Assembly (NCBI RefSeq): GCF_021028975.2 | Contig: NW_025950341.1 | Coordinates: 868,001 to 932,000 of the forward strand | Length of the DNA stretch: 64,000 nt | Source of the DNA: Sphaerodactylus townsendi | Lineage: Eukaryota | Reading direction: 5' to 3' | Shown here: positions 1-12,350 of the stretch, one piece after another | How the letters are laid out: each line of letters opens with the position of its first letter | Numbering within the stretch: position 1 is the stretch's first letter | Translations under genes and position numbers: made by a program | The notes under the pieces: generated by a model | Databases searched by the model: none | What the model saw: only the letters and a program-made list of their open reading frames with translations | What the model was told of the DNA's origin: nothing

Positions 1-440
1 CCAGGATGTTTGCTGTGCAGGCTCCAATTCTGGGCATCTTTTTTGTCCAAAAAACACATATTTGTATTCAGCTAATCCTGTCAATTCTGGCAATATATGG
101 TTCTCCTTTTTTAAAAAAAAGTCAAGGAGCTACCTTTTTAACTTTGCAGACACATATAAGAGAATCTTAGCCGCTCAAAAGATGGGTCTGACACATATTG
201 ACCGGCCCTCTGCAGATTGACAGTTTTCCTGTGCAGTAAGAAAAAAACTGTGACTCCATGGAGGGCAGATCAACCCCTGCTTTCCAATGGGAGGTAGATG
301 GGTTCTCTGAGTGGCTAAGATTCTTGTATTTGTGTCTGCATATCTGTGAAGATAGCTTTTCGAAAATTAAAAAAATAGGGAAACTATATATTGCCAGAAT
401 CAGCAGGACCAGCTGAGTACAGCTATGTACTTTTGGGGCT

Positions 441-1273
441 GAACATAAGAACATAAGAACAAGCCAGCTGGATCAGACCAGAGTCCATCTAGTCCAGCTC
501 TCTGCTACTCGCAGTGGCCTACCAGGTGCCTTTGGGGAGACTCCACATGTAGAAGGATGTGGAAGCGCCAATGGCCTTCTCATAGGCTGTTAGCTCCCGA
601 GGTTAACCCTGGTCTGCTAAGAGCATTTGCAATCCTAAAGGAGGATCAAGGAGGATCAAGATTGGTAGCCATAAATCTGGACTTCTCCTCCATAAATCCT
701 GCGTCCAAGCCCCTTTTTAGAAGCTATATCCAGTGGTTAGTGGGCCATCACCACCTCCTGTGGCAGCATATTCCAAACACCAATCACACGTTGCGTGAAG
801 AAGTGTTTCCTTTTATTAGTCCTAATTCTTCCCCAAGCATTTTCAATGAATGCCCCCTGGTTTCTAGTATTGTGAGAAAGAGAAAAAAATTTCTCCTTGT
901 CAACATTTTCTACCCCATGCATAATTTTATAGACTTCAATCATATCCCCCCTCAGTTGTCTCCTCTCCAAACTAAAGAGTCCCAAATGCTGCAGCCTTTC
1001 CTCATAGGGAAGGTGCTCCAGTCCCTCAATCATCCTCGTTGCCCTTCTCTGCACTTTTTCTATCACCTCAATATCCTTTTTGAGATGTGGTGACCAGAAC
1101 TGGACACAGTACTCCAAGTGCGGTCGCACCACTGTTTTATATAAGGGCATGACAATCTTTGCCGTTTTATTATCAATTCCTTTCCCAATGATCCCCAGCA
1201 TAGAGTTTGCCTTTTTCACAGCTGCCAAGCATTGAGTTGACATTCCCATGGAACTATCAATTAAGACGCCCAA
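441..1273 (-). mobile_element. CR1 LINE, 5'-truncated 3' end (ORF2 C-terminus plus 3'UTR)
   Basis: ORF 737-1273(-) has CR1 ORF2 C-terminal motifs (LYKTVVRPHLEYCVQFWSP, RRQLRGDMIEVYKI, FFTQRVIGVWNMLP); (GAACATAA)n tail at 441-460. Confidence 0.95.
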
Positions 1274-2660
1274 AAAAAGGCACCCAGGATCAGAGCCTAC
1301 AGAGCAAACACTTCAGCAAATGGTGGCTGGGATAATCCCTTCAACTACACACAAAATGTTGGACAAAAGCTGATCAGAAAGCGAAACGGTCAGGCAGCAA
1401 ACATAAGATGCCCTCTCAGCTCTGCATTCCATATAGCCAGGCAGGAGATGTCTTGCAGGCAGCATAGAGAAAAAAGGTGCACTTTGAAGCATATTTTAAA
1501 AAAGGACTGGTTACACTCAACAAGGGCTGGGTTGATACTTGGGATCAGCCATAGGCGAGGGGTTATTTTTTTAGTGCCACAGAGATCTATAGAAAAAATG
1601 TGTTACTGGTTGAAGGGGGTTGGGTTTAAATGTATTATTCATAAATAATGTACAGTCTTTGTTTTATTTAGAAAACTAATTGGATGAGTTGTACCCATCT
1701 CCGAATCTCTAATTTAAGTCATTGGGGACAGAGAAAGGTGTGACACTGGACCTGAGACATATCCAGCAATGATGGAGAAAACAATGGTTTGGTTCCAACA
1801 CATCATTTCCATGGGCAGAAGTATTTTCACCTATGGAGCATGACTTTCTTGGCCCTCCCTTCTTCTGCCACCTGAAATGCCTTTCCAAAATGCTGCTCTT
1901 TGGGGACAGGAGACCCAAAAACAGTATTGGGGGGGGGGCGTATTTTGAGCTGCATTAGGAAGGAGAAGCAGGAAAATCATGCTATGCAGGCAGAAATCCT
2001 TCTGTTTATGGAAATGTTGTGCTGGAGCCAAAGAAATCATGGTGTTCAGCCTTATTTGACATATCATTGTGTTTCATAATAACTGATCAACATTTATATC
2101 TCCAGTTGCCTGTTGCTGTTTTAACCTAGCAAACCTAAACAAAAAATGAATTTCCATGTTACCTTTTTATTTATTTTTCAGTTCAGTAGCCTATCACTTC
2201 CAATCTGACTTGATAAAAATGGAATTTTTATCGTCTCTCACCTTGCTTTTCTCAAGCTGTTTGATTAAGTTATGCTTGAAAAATTGGGGAAATGGAACAC
2301 AATTGTACATTTAAATGGCTGCTAATTCTATCCTCCTGACATAGTTATTGTATGAGAAGCACACTTAGAATGAAACTGCTGCACTATCTAATTGAACTCA
2401 AAATATTTCTGACATTTTAATGAACACACCAATTACTTTTATTTTACAAGTCTTTCAAATGAACCACAAAGGATTAGAAAATGACATTCAAGGTCTGTGT
2501 ATAATTAAATTGCATTAACACTGGAAAGGTGAAGGGAAAGGTAATGTCATTCAAGAGTGAAAATATGTAGGACACACATTTACATTTGAAGTAAATAAAC
2601 TTTTCACTCTCACTGAGAGAAAAGGACAATGCTCATCTCTGTCCATCCAAAATCACTAGC

Positions 2661-2681
2661 GATTACAGATTACAGATTACA
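2661..2681. repeat. (GATTACA)3 short tandem repeat
   Basis: Direct reading. Confidence 0.9.
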
Positions 2682-4305
2682 GAGTAACAGATAATGATTT
2701 CTGTTACTGTGCAAATAGTATGAGTGATCTCTGTTTCATCAGCTTTTGGAGGTGAATAGGTTTTGCCCTAACCAACATTTAAAAGCAAATTTGAAGGTTT
2801 ATTAGTTCTGTCTATTTATATCAATATTTATATCCCATCTTTTCCCATGGGTTAAGATGGTTTACAATTTCAGATTTAAAATACAAAATAACCCCATGTC
2901 AACCCCCCCCTCCAAAAAAACTCTCTACAAATAAACAAACTCTTCTTTTATGGAAGAAATATCCAAAGAAATATTCAAAGAAATATCCAAAGGCCTTTTA
3001 GTTAGGTGATAGATCATATGTCTTATTTTCAAAAGGTAGCAAGTTCAGTCCTTAGTGTCTCTAGATATAGGATCTTAGGAAGCAAGCCTTGGACAGACTT
3101 TCTGCCTCACCCTAAAACAGAACTTTACAGATCAATGGGCTGACAAAGTGTATGACACTGTCATATGTTCACATATCTTTTTTTTTCATTCCACATAAAA
3201 ATCTAAGTACAATTTTAGCTTCCACTTCCATTTCCACCTGCCCCACCACTCCACATGGTGGGGTAATGCTCCCCACTCCCCACTCATCGTTTAGTCCAGA
3301 CCAAGCTGCAACAAGTGGGGGGCATGAAGCACTTCTTTTCTGTACATTTGAGTTTTTAAAATGTGTGCTCCACTTTAAACACACATTTTATAAATAAATA
3401 GCTAAAGCTAAAACTCAGCTAGACATCATTGCAAGGCAAACTTTTTTTTGAAAACGCTGCATATTCTTCAATTATAAATATTAACTGGAGAGTAGATTCT
3501 TAACACCATTATTTATTGGACAAGCACTCTGGATTTTTATAATCTATAACTCATACTTTCAAATTGATTTGCTGCTGATTCCCCAAAGTCATGTAAGAAA
3601 GGACGTGAAGTATTGTAATTCTCAATATTGCTTATAAAATTTCCCATTTACATGCATGCTGTCCATACACCAAAGTCATTAAATATCATAAATGTAGAGT
3701 TAACGTTTCATTTCTAAAAGTTATGTATCTTAGTAATTACATTAAATGACTTTCAAAGACTAAATTTCCAAACTCTATTGACAAAGCAGTCAGGAATAAC
3801 TTTAAATAACCTTATGCTTCATGGGCACTTGAGTGACTCATCTGCTAAAGTGGAGAACGGGAAGGAGAATAAAAGAGTTGGAAGGGAATTCACCTACACA
3901 CATTAAAAAACACACAAAGGAAGTATGAATAGATTCTCATATAACAATGAAGCATGGAACAAGCCAGAGGAATTCTTAGGCTTATGTTGCACATTCTCCC
4001 TTCTTCACTTCCATCTTTTTATTCCATACAGCTATGCAAAAAGCAAATCAGTTTATTGTTAGGTCCAAATAAAAACTATGCTTTGTTCTCTGCCTTCCAA
4101 ACTAGGATTCCTAACCAGGATTCCGGTCTGGAGAATAGCAAACAAACAATGGTTTGTGACTGAGATTAAATAATAAATCAAGGTTTGTTGTGGCAGTGTT
4201 CATTTTCCAAGCTATATGCAAGGGAGGGGGAGGGGGAAGGGAGAATGTGAACCCCTGGATTCTCCAGACTTGTTCCTATCTTGACAAACCATGTGTGAAG
4301 TGTTT

Positions 4306-4424
4306 ACACATTTTTTATCTGTGTTTCTTATTCAACGGAGACTTTAGACAATAAATTCAAGACACATTTTTTATCTGTGTTTCTTATTCAACGGAGACTT
4401 TAGACAATAAATTCAAGACACATT
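4306..4424. repeat. Perfect 56-bp tandem duplication
   Basis: ACACATTTTTTATC...AATTCAAG at 4306-4361 and 4362-4417, then ACACATT again. Confidence 0.95.
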
Positions 4425-4574
4425 AAATGCCAAATTCCATTTTTTAATCCAAACAGCAGCTTTGCATAAAATCAAAAGTTCAAAAGTTCACCAAGTCTGG
4501 ATGCTATCACAAGGAGGGTTTCCTGGAGTCATCTTGAAAGTTTGATGCCTCTACTTTCAAACATGTGCAGCCTG

Positions 4575-4895
4575 CACAGAAATTTCCCATTGGGTACAAT
4601 GGTGCCAAGGCACTGCAGAGAAGAGAATCTTGGGCAATTTCTTGGGGTACCTATCAGGGGTGCATTTTTAAAGCTAACAGCACAAAAACTTCAGGGTCTC
4701 ATCCAGAGACTGTTCTGATGATACCACCCAAGTGGTAAAGTTTGGTTCAGGTGTCCAAAGTTATGGATCCTTAAAGGGGTAGCCCATCTCTTGTTAGCTC
4801 CCTTTGGAAACAAGGGAACACCCCCTTTCGGAGTCCATAACTTTGGATACTTCACCAATCTTGGCTGATAGCATCAGCAGAGTTTTCCTCTTCAG
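4575..4895 (+). mobile_element. Fragment of the same fold-back DNA-element family as 31960-35602
   Basis: Shares GGGGTGCATTTTTAAAGC, TTCAGGGT.TCATC, GTTTGGTTCAGG and GTCCATAACTTTGG motifs with 32150-33200. Confidence 0.7.
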
Positions 4896-5550
4896 CGCTG
4901 TTCTCGTGAATGTCTTTCCAGGAAATTTTTCCCTAAAATGCTATCCAAACATCCTCCCTTTTCCTCTAGGTTAGTGCATATGTGCTTTTCATATGTATGT
5001 TCATTGCTTGAAATAGATTTCTTATTTTTATTCTTTAAGAAAACAGTTTCAATTATAACTATCACCTGCTCATTTAAGATACATGATTCATCAATGACAC
5101 ATATGTGAAAAAAATTGTGAAAAAATATATAATTATATATGTGAAAAAAATTATATAACAGTAAAATGGCATAAAAGAAACAAACATAAAATGTGTCCAA
5201 AAACCCCCAGGAAAACAGTTCTTCCATCCACACACAAAAAATTAAAAGAAAGCATATTCATAGTTCCCTATACTTGGCTAGGTAGGGATACAAACAAAGA
5301 CCACCTAAGTCTGAGTCCAACACTTTGTCTCAGCTACCACATTGATTTTCTTTAGCAAACAGATGGCACATGAATGTGCATTTAATTGAGCAGTTTTGTA
5401 CTCTGATTTTCAGCAGAGGAAAGATTGATCTATTTTAAACCCCAATACAGGGAAAGTTATTTGCCCCCAGTACTACAAAAGAATGATGACAGACAACAAA
5501 TATCACTTAAGCATTGAACTGCAACAATTACCTCATTTCCCCCATCCCTA

Positions 5551-5639
5551 ACAGAGCAATCCTAAGAAAAGTTATATCCTTCCAAGACCATGGTAGTCAA
5601 TGGGCTCAGAAGAGTGAAACTCTGCTTAGAATTGCACTT
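5551..5639. mobile_element. Short (~90 bp) palindromic MITE-like element
   Basis: GCAATCCTAAG...CTTAGAATTGC inverted ends around a CCATGG.AGTCAATGGG centre; similar degenerate copies at ~12608-12690 and ~36638-36725. Confidence 0.55.
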
Positions 5640-6144
5640 CAAGAGGCTGCTGAAAAGGTTCACCAGATTTGGAGATCCTCAGTCTGGCTCCAAGCCGTAA
5701 CTTAGCAGCTCGGCACTTTAGGATAAGCTGCTAAATTACTGCCTGTACACCATCATGCACAGAGAGATGCCAACTGACAACATTACCCTGATGCCAGTCA
5801 TCTTGTGAGTTCAGGCAGTGATGACTCAAGTCAAAAAAACTCTCTTCCCAGGCTCCTGGCTCATGTTTGGTTACTCTTTCAAATGTTTGCCGACACAAGC
5901 AACTTGAATCATCAAGCCCACATAAATCCTGCAGATGCCAAGTTAGGATTTAACTATTCTCCCCCCAGACTAGGTTTATTTATTGTATCTACATGTGCAG
6001 TCTGAAGCAAGAAATCATCTCCCAGCCAATTACAGGAAGACCTCCAAAATTCCCCTTGGTCTAAAAATGTCCAGGTAATCCTACACTGCTGACTGAAAAG
6101 GACTGAGGGCAGGGGTGGGGGGGAGCTTCTGACTAGGACACAAA

Positions 6145-6696
6145 GGGCCTTTCCCTACTTCAGAAATGGTAGCTCATATAATCTGTGCCCTTTACACTCT
6201 GCTGCTTTCCAGTGCGGAAAAATGCTCCCCACAGCACTATTTGCATCGTAACGCTTACCTAAATACTGCGCGGCTCGGAAATGAAGCATTCCCCAAGACC
6301 GTGCATTTGGTGGCGCGGGGGGGGGGGGGCATGTCTCTGTTGTGACTGGATGTTGTGCCGCTTTTGAGGATTTTTTCCCCCTTCCTGAAATTGATGTGGA
6401 TTCATCGCCATGTAGACACGCCCTGCTGTTGCCTGATCGGTCAGAAGCATACACGTCACTGTGAGCAGCGCGAAATTCAGTATTGCGCTAGCTGCCAAAG
6501 TTCCCCACAACCCCATGCCCAGCACGCAGTTTCCCAAAAGTTGCTGTTCAAAACAGCAGCAAAATTGATGTGCGCTGATGAGCGGGGCAAATTCGGGGCA
6601 CCTGCACTGTCGCCGCTGGCGTGGTGGGGAGCACTTGAAAACCCTAGGTCATTTGACTAGGTTACCATGCAACAAACGGTGACTGGGGAAAGTCCC
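6145..6696. mobile_element. PIF/Harbinger-like MITE
   Basis: TIR GGGCCTTTCCC ... GGGAAAGTCCC; flanks AAA/ATA (imperfect 3-bp TSD); CpG-rich interior. Confidence 0.7.
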
Positions 6697-7144
6697 ATAG
6701 AGAGGCTTTTGGTAGCCTTCCCTTCCAGCCACCCCTTTAGCCAAAACACAGATTTGCTTTCCTCTTAGCCCAAAGTTGACATCTCACCTTTTGAAAAGGG
6801 GTCATAACATTTTCTTCTGAAAGGTCGGAACTCCTATGTGAAACGAGATGAGAAATTGAAAGATCCAGGACTAGACTGTCACTATGATATTTCACTAATT
6901 AATTTATTTTGTAAATATCCAGCTCTGATTCAGATAGTGAATGTAGTGTAAGAAAAAAACATGAACTCCTTCCCAACTGGCTCCACAGAACTGCCCTTTG
7001 CTGCTGGAGGAAATAGTAATGCCTGTATATATGCATGGGGGAAGAGTTTTCAGAACTGGAGAAATGACAAGTGGGGAAGAAGTTGAACACCCCTGCTCCT
7101 GCTATAGTCCTAATCTGAACTAGGATTACTATTTATCTGCCCTG

Positions 7145-7300
7145 CAGATCCAGTTACAAATCTGCCAGCGTTGCATCTCATTTGCCCCTTAGTTGCACTT
7201 AATTCCCATTGAAATCAATGAAATTAAATTGGTCGTACCAAACTCGTCTCATTGATTTCAATGGAACTTTAGTGTGATTAACTTTCTCTGGATTCAGTGT
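7145..7300. mobile_element. Old palindromic MITE-like element
   Basis: Perfect 16-bp inverted repeat CCATTGAAATCAATGA (from 7206) / TCATTGATTTCAATGG (to 7264), with outer GATCCAG / CTGGATTC arms. Confidence 0.55.
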
Positions 7301-7842
7301 ATTGTAATTTTCAGAACACATGATTAGTTCCAAAGGTAATGTTGATTAACATTGGCTTTAAAAAGAGTACTCAAGAAGACCTAACTCTCTCCATTCATCT
7401 GATTCAGCACTATTACTTGAGGGAGAGGGGATTTTAGACCTTAATTCCTTGCAAATCTCCTGAAGCATGAAATAAGTTCCTTCACAATTATCATATTGCC
7501 AGATTTATCATACTGGCCTATCCCAAATTAAAATGCCATTCATTTTACAACTGCTTTCAGATTAAGTAGATGCAGTTTTTAATATTTAAATCTTCTTTCT
7601 CATTATCACTTTAAAGCTCAAATCCCCTAATCCTTGTAGTTTCCCTCCAAACAGGCAAGCATGCTCAATCACATCAACTGTGGGTTGGTTTACATATTAC
7701 ACATAATGAAATGGAGGCCACTGTAGTGTAGATTTTCCTATTCTTTTCTTGGTAAGATTTCAAGGAAGTCAAATCCATGAGCACATAGTGTAACACTGTG
7801 ATTGTTCTTGTGCAGAAGGGGCAGTCACACTTACTAGTAAGT

Positions 7843-7955
7843 GGAATATAAGAGGTGCCCTTCTGGATTACACTGGTGATCTATCTAATCCAGCATTCTG
7901 TTTCACATGGCAGCCAACCAGGTGACTTGAAAGGCCAACAAACAGGACATAGAGA
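7843..7955 (-). mobile_element. Old CR1 3'-end fragment
   Basis: ATAAGAGG...CTGGAT...ATCTAATCCAGCATTCTG resembles the CR1 3'UTR end seen at 441 and 10566. Confidence 0.55.
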
Positions 7956-8870
7956 ATAAAGAGACACAAGAAATATTAGATCTTAAAACTCTCCTCAACA
8001 AAAGCCAAAGCATCAGATATGTTGAACAAAGAATGTTGCTGTCAAACGCCTAGAGCCCTTTGGGGATGCGGCAGTCTATGAAATCCAATAAATAAATAAA
8101 TAAGACAGATGCTAAGGGTTAATTCCTCACAGAGCCTGTGTGTGAGTGTGGCATGCTGGGAGTGGGTGGAGTTTAGCACTCAGTCAGAGCCACTGACAGG
8201 ACTATTGGGGGAAATCTTGCAACTAGGGTTCAGATGTGTTTGGTGTCTGTGTACAGACTTGTGGTGTTGGCAAGGAAAGAGGGTTTTTTAAAGAAAAAGG
8301 GTCCTACTCTAGCCAAAGAGGGAAATAAACCTCTAAGGAAAGAATTCCTGGTCCAGATTCTAAAAACAGATCTAGTTCATCTCCTGAACTGTATGTATAG
8401 AGGAAAGGGAGAGAGATGATGTCAGAGAGAGACTAATCTCAAGCCAGGAGGGGAATTTAAATTTAGCAAAGGAGAAGAATTCACATCCTTAGTTGTGAGA
8501 TAGATTCACTTCAAAAGCTCTGAAGTGATCATATGGTTTGGGAAAGTCTGAAGGAAAAGGGGAGTTGGATGAATATTCCATTCTTTCTAGATTTTAGGCA
8601 CCAGAGTTTACACATGAACCTATGAATGCAAGTCTGAGTCAAAGCTGTACAACAAGCAGAAAATCTAGCTTATTTCAAAGAATTTAGAAACCAGTAACAA
8701 ACTGGAATCTTATCAAATAGCAAATGACATCTGAGCTGTACTTTTAAGAACATCTTAATATTTGTATATAAGGCTGCTTCTTTCCTTCTCACTAAATTTA
8801 TCCTGCTCTTATCCTATTCCTTTGGGTTTAATAAAATTATAATGTTTTGAAAAGCCTCTAAAGCCATTTT

Positions 8871-9685
8871 GAGAACCAGCGTGGTGTAGTACTTAAGAGT
8901 AGGTGGACTCAAATCTGGAGAAGCAGGTTTGATTCCCTGCTCCTCCACATGAGCTGTGGAGTCTTATCTGGTGAACCAGATTTGTTTCCCCACCCCTACA
9001 CTTCTGCTGGGTGACCTTGGGCTAGTCAGTCATTCAAAATTCTCTCAACCATCCTACCTCACAAGGGCCCTTTCCGCACAGGCCATAAACAGCGCCCTGG
9101 GGATGGCAAAAACGCCATCCCCAGGGAGCTGTTCGCTCAGGCGGCGCTGCCAAAATGCAGCAGCGCCGACCTGGCTCCCCTCCCCCTCCCCCAGGGCGGC
9201 GTCAGGCCGCCTCCAAAAACCTCTCTCCTGGAGGGAGGTTTTTGGAACAACAGCGCATTCCCAGCGGCGCGGTGCGAACGGCACTGCCGGGAATGCGCTG
9301 TTTTCCCCGTCCCTCTCCCACTCACCTCATCGCCGTCGTCACCCTGCTGGCCTCCTAAGACCCTCCCTCGCTGTCCTCCAACCCCTGGAGGTCGGGGGCA
9401 GCGTGGGCGGGTCTTAGGAGGCCAGCAGGGTGACGATGGCGACGAGGTGAGTGGGAGAGGGACGGGGAAGAGGTAGCTCCATGCGCCGGCCTCTGCAGGG
9501 GCCGCTCACACGCTCTCATGCAAACGGCCCCCACCCCCTCCACCGGTAGAATTCCTGCCGGTGGGGAAGCGCCTGAAGGCCCGTGTGGAAAGGGCCAAGG
9601 TGTCTGTTGTGGGGAGAGGAAGCAAAATGAATTAAGTCTCCTTACAGGAAAGAAAGGGGAGTACAAATCCAAACTCTTCTTCTTT
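8871..9685 (+). mobile_element. tRNA-derived CORE-type SINE (Squam3-like), split by a Harbinger MITE
   Basis: A box TGGTGTAGT, B box GGTTTGATTCC, core GCTGGGTGACCTTGGGCTAGTCA, tail AAATCCAAACT(CTT)n. Confidence 0.85.
9066..9596. mobile_element. PIF/Harbinger-like MITE
   Basis: TIR GGCCCTTTCCGCAC ... GTGTGGAAAGGGCC; 3-bp TSD AAG (9063-65, 9597-99); internal hairpin 9303-9469. Confidence 0.9.
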
Positions 9686-9989
9686 TGGCATGATAATCTT
9701 TGAGATCAAACACAAGAGATAAAAGGGGGGGTCACAGTTCCTCAAGCTGATTCAGTTATGTATTTACCTTAATGAGATACAGGATGGGACAATTGAATGA
9801 AAAACCCCAGAAGATTACATGTAGTAAACTTGACCAACTAGGTGGTCAGAAGAAGCAAATTATAAAAGAATTATGGAACATTCCTGCCTAGGGGTGCAGG
9901 GGAGGTAAGAGATACATAAATGTGACACTTATTAAGTAACTTTTGAGTATGAATTCTGTTAAAGTTTCCTGCCTTGACCAGGGGTGCAT

Positions 9990-10816
9990 TTTACCAACTT
10001 TAACTGGTGAGTCAGTTGTGGCCCTCCAGAGCAGAAAAAGATTTTGCCACACTGGGGCATGCCTGGTAACATCTAGATTACATTACTGCACTGCACTCTA
10101 TGTGGAACTGCCCTTGAAGACTGCCTGGAATCTAAAGACAGTACAAAATGATGTGGCCAAAGTGTTAACAAAGCTGAGCCACATGGATCATATCACTCCA
10201 GTCTTGTTCCATGTATACTGGTTTCCAATTTACTTCTGGGCTTATTTCAAGGTGCTGGCATTGAACTTTGAAGCCCTATATGTCCTGGAACCAACATACT
10301 TTAAAGACCACTTTGTCCCATGTGAACCTACCACCCAGTTGCCATCAAAAGCTAGTCAGATGGTGATGCAAGAAAAGGCTTCTCAGGTGTGGCACCAAAA
10401 CTCCCTTCCCAGAGTGAAGACTTTGACATACCCCCAATAATGGTTATTGTCCTTCCTTCTAGTGTTGTTTATGTGCTTCAATTGAAGTATTTTATAATTT
10501 TAACAGTATTTTTAAAGTGTAAATGTTTTAATGATTCTTAAGTTGACCGCCTGGTGGACCCTGATCATAAGAACATAAGAACATAAGAACTAGCCTGCTG
10601 GATCAAACCAGAGTCCATCTAGTCCAGCACTCTGCTACTCGCAGTGGCCCACCAGGTACCTTTGGGAGCTCACATGCAGGATGTGAAAGCAATGGCCTTC
10701 TGCTGCTGCTGCTCCTGAGCACCTGGTCTGCTAAGGCATTTGCAATCTGAGATCAAGGAGGATCAAGATTGGTAGCCATCAAGTGAGAAGGTGGAATAAA
10801 GATTTTAAATAAATAA
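9990..10816 (+). mobile_element. L2 LINE 3' fragment (interrupted by CR1 10566-10779)
   Basis: ORF 9943-10440 has L2 motifs LVTSRLHYC.ALY, VQN..A, HITPVL..YWFPI, FKVL; (TAAA)n tail near 10810. Confidence 0.9.
10566..10779 (-). mobile_element. Young CR1 3'UTR fragment
   Basis: (CATAAGAA)3 tail; near-identical to 45203-45402 and the reverse complement of 49030-49240. Confidence 0.93.
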
Positions 10817-11423
10817 AAAAACTGGGGCAACTTTGTGTTCTTTAACATTTCAGGTCTTTAAAGAATCATTGTTTTAACTGAACTTTGCTCCACAATAGAG
10901 AAACACAAATCCTTGAACATTCCAGTGTTAGTTATGGAATCCTGTTGGAATGTCCACTACCATTTAAATCTCTAATCAGAAAATCCTGAACAAGTTATTT
11001 TTCTTGCAGGGGAAATGACCTTCAGAAGAAGGGTAGCAAAAGAATAAGCCTTTTTACAGAAAAAGAAAAGCTATTACATTATTTTTAATGCCAAGTATCA
11101 GCTAAATTTAAGTTTTATGACACCAAAACGATCGACATTTCTGCCAGCTGTGTGAAATTCAACACTTCTTCAACAAATGGATCCAAGGTAATACCTCTAA
11201 TCCACTGTGCCATTGGCAGTGCTTTCAAAACTGGGAAAGGAAACAACATTTGGAAGACTTAAGGGCTGTGAGCACAAGTACCTGTAGCTTCATGTGAAAT
11301 GAGAAGGATTTGATGGAAGCTGGCAAGACACCTTTCTCCAAAAACAACTGCAAAAGAGGCAATGGACCAGAACTTTACATAACAAGGTGAATCTGCAATG
11401 CCTGTTTCAGTGTGCGCATAGTC

Positions 11424-11597
11424 TTATACCCCACCTTTCTCCTGTAAGGAGACTCAAGGTGGTTTACAAGCTCCTTTCCCTTTTTCTCCCCACAACAGAC
11501 ACCTTTTGAGGTAGGTGGCACTGAGATAGTTCTGAAGAACTGTGACTAGGCCAAGATCACCCAGCAGGAGTGTAGGAGTGGGGAAACACATCTGGTT
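11424..11597 (-). mobile_element. Squam3-like SINE 3' fragment
   Basis: Reverse complement of the SINE body at 8980-9680 (TGTGACTAG.CCAAG.TCACCCAGCAG). Confidence 0.8.
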
Positions 11598-11990
11598 TGA
11601 CTTCTTGCCAAAACTGCTGCAAACAACTTCTAATCATTATTCAAAAGTGAAATTGGTCTGTAGTTCTTAACAAATTTAACATTGTTTTTTCATTCAAAAA
11701 AACTTACTTTGACAGTTCAAAAAGGAACCGTGGTTTTGGTATAATATGGCACTAAAACAAATTTGCATGCAACAAGTTAATAAATCAGTTAATTGTCCTG
11801 GGTTGGATTCAAAGGTCATTTTCTGTTGAAGGAAGGTATTCCTGCCAATAGAATGATAATTTCCTGCCTTCCCCTTTCTGCTGCAGCCCACTAATCTCTC
11901 TGATATGCTATCCCTGAAAAACCAGGGGAACCTCAGGAGCACCATAACAATATTCGCATACCCCTCTTCCCTGGCAGAAAATGACTGTTA

Positions 11991-12350
11991 GGCCGTTTCC
12001 ACATGGCTAAAAAACAGTGCCCCAGGGACCAGAAAAACCGGTCCCTGGGGTGCTGTTCGTACAGGAGGTGCTGCTGTATTGCAGCAGCGCTGTCCTGTCT
12101 CCCCCCAAGCGGCATGAAGGCACCGCTTTTAAACCTCCCCTCCCCTCCCCTCTTTTTCCAGTGTCACTCTGGAGAGCTGGAGGGACAAACCCACGCTGCC
12201 CTTCAACCCCTGGAGGCTCCATGCGGAGCTGCCTCTTCAGCTGGGGAGAAAGTTGGGGCTGCTCTCACACTACCGTGAACAGTCCCCGAGCCTCCGCTAG
12301 CATAATTTATGCCAGTGGAGGTTCGTTTCTGCCGCCATGCAGAAACTGCC
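11991..12350. mobile_element. PIF/Harbinger-like MITE
   Basis: TIR GGCCGTTTCCACATGGC ... GCCATGCAGAAACTGCC; canonical TTA TSD on both sides. Confidence 0.9.

Larger units (their letters stand above)
8110..9927 (+). mobile_element. Probable LTR-like element interrupted by SINE 8871-9685
   Basis: Starts TGCTAAGGGTTAA, has AATAAA near 8830, resumes after the SINE and ends TGTGACA; no TSD found. Confidence 0.4.

Noticed and set aside
557-1093. 178-aa plus-strand ORF
   Set aside because: Antisense shadow of CR1 ORF2
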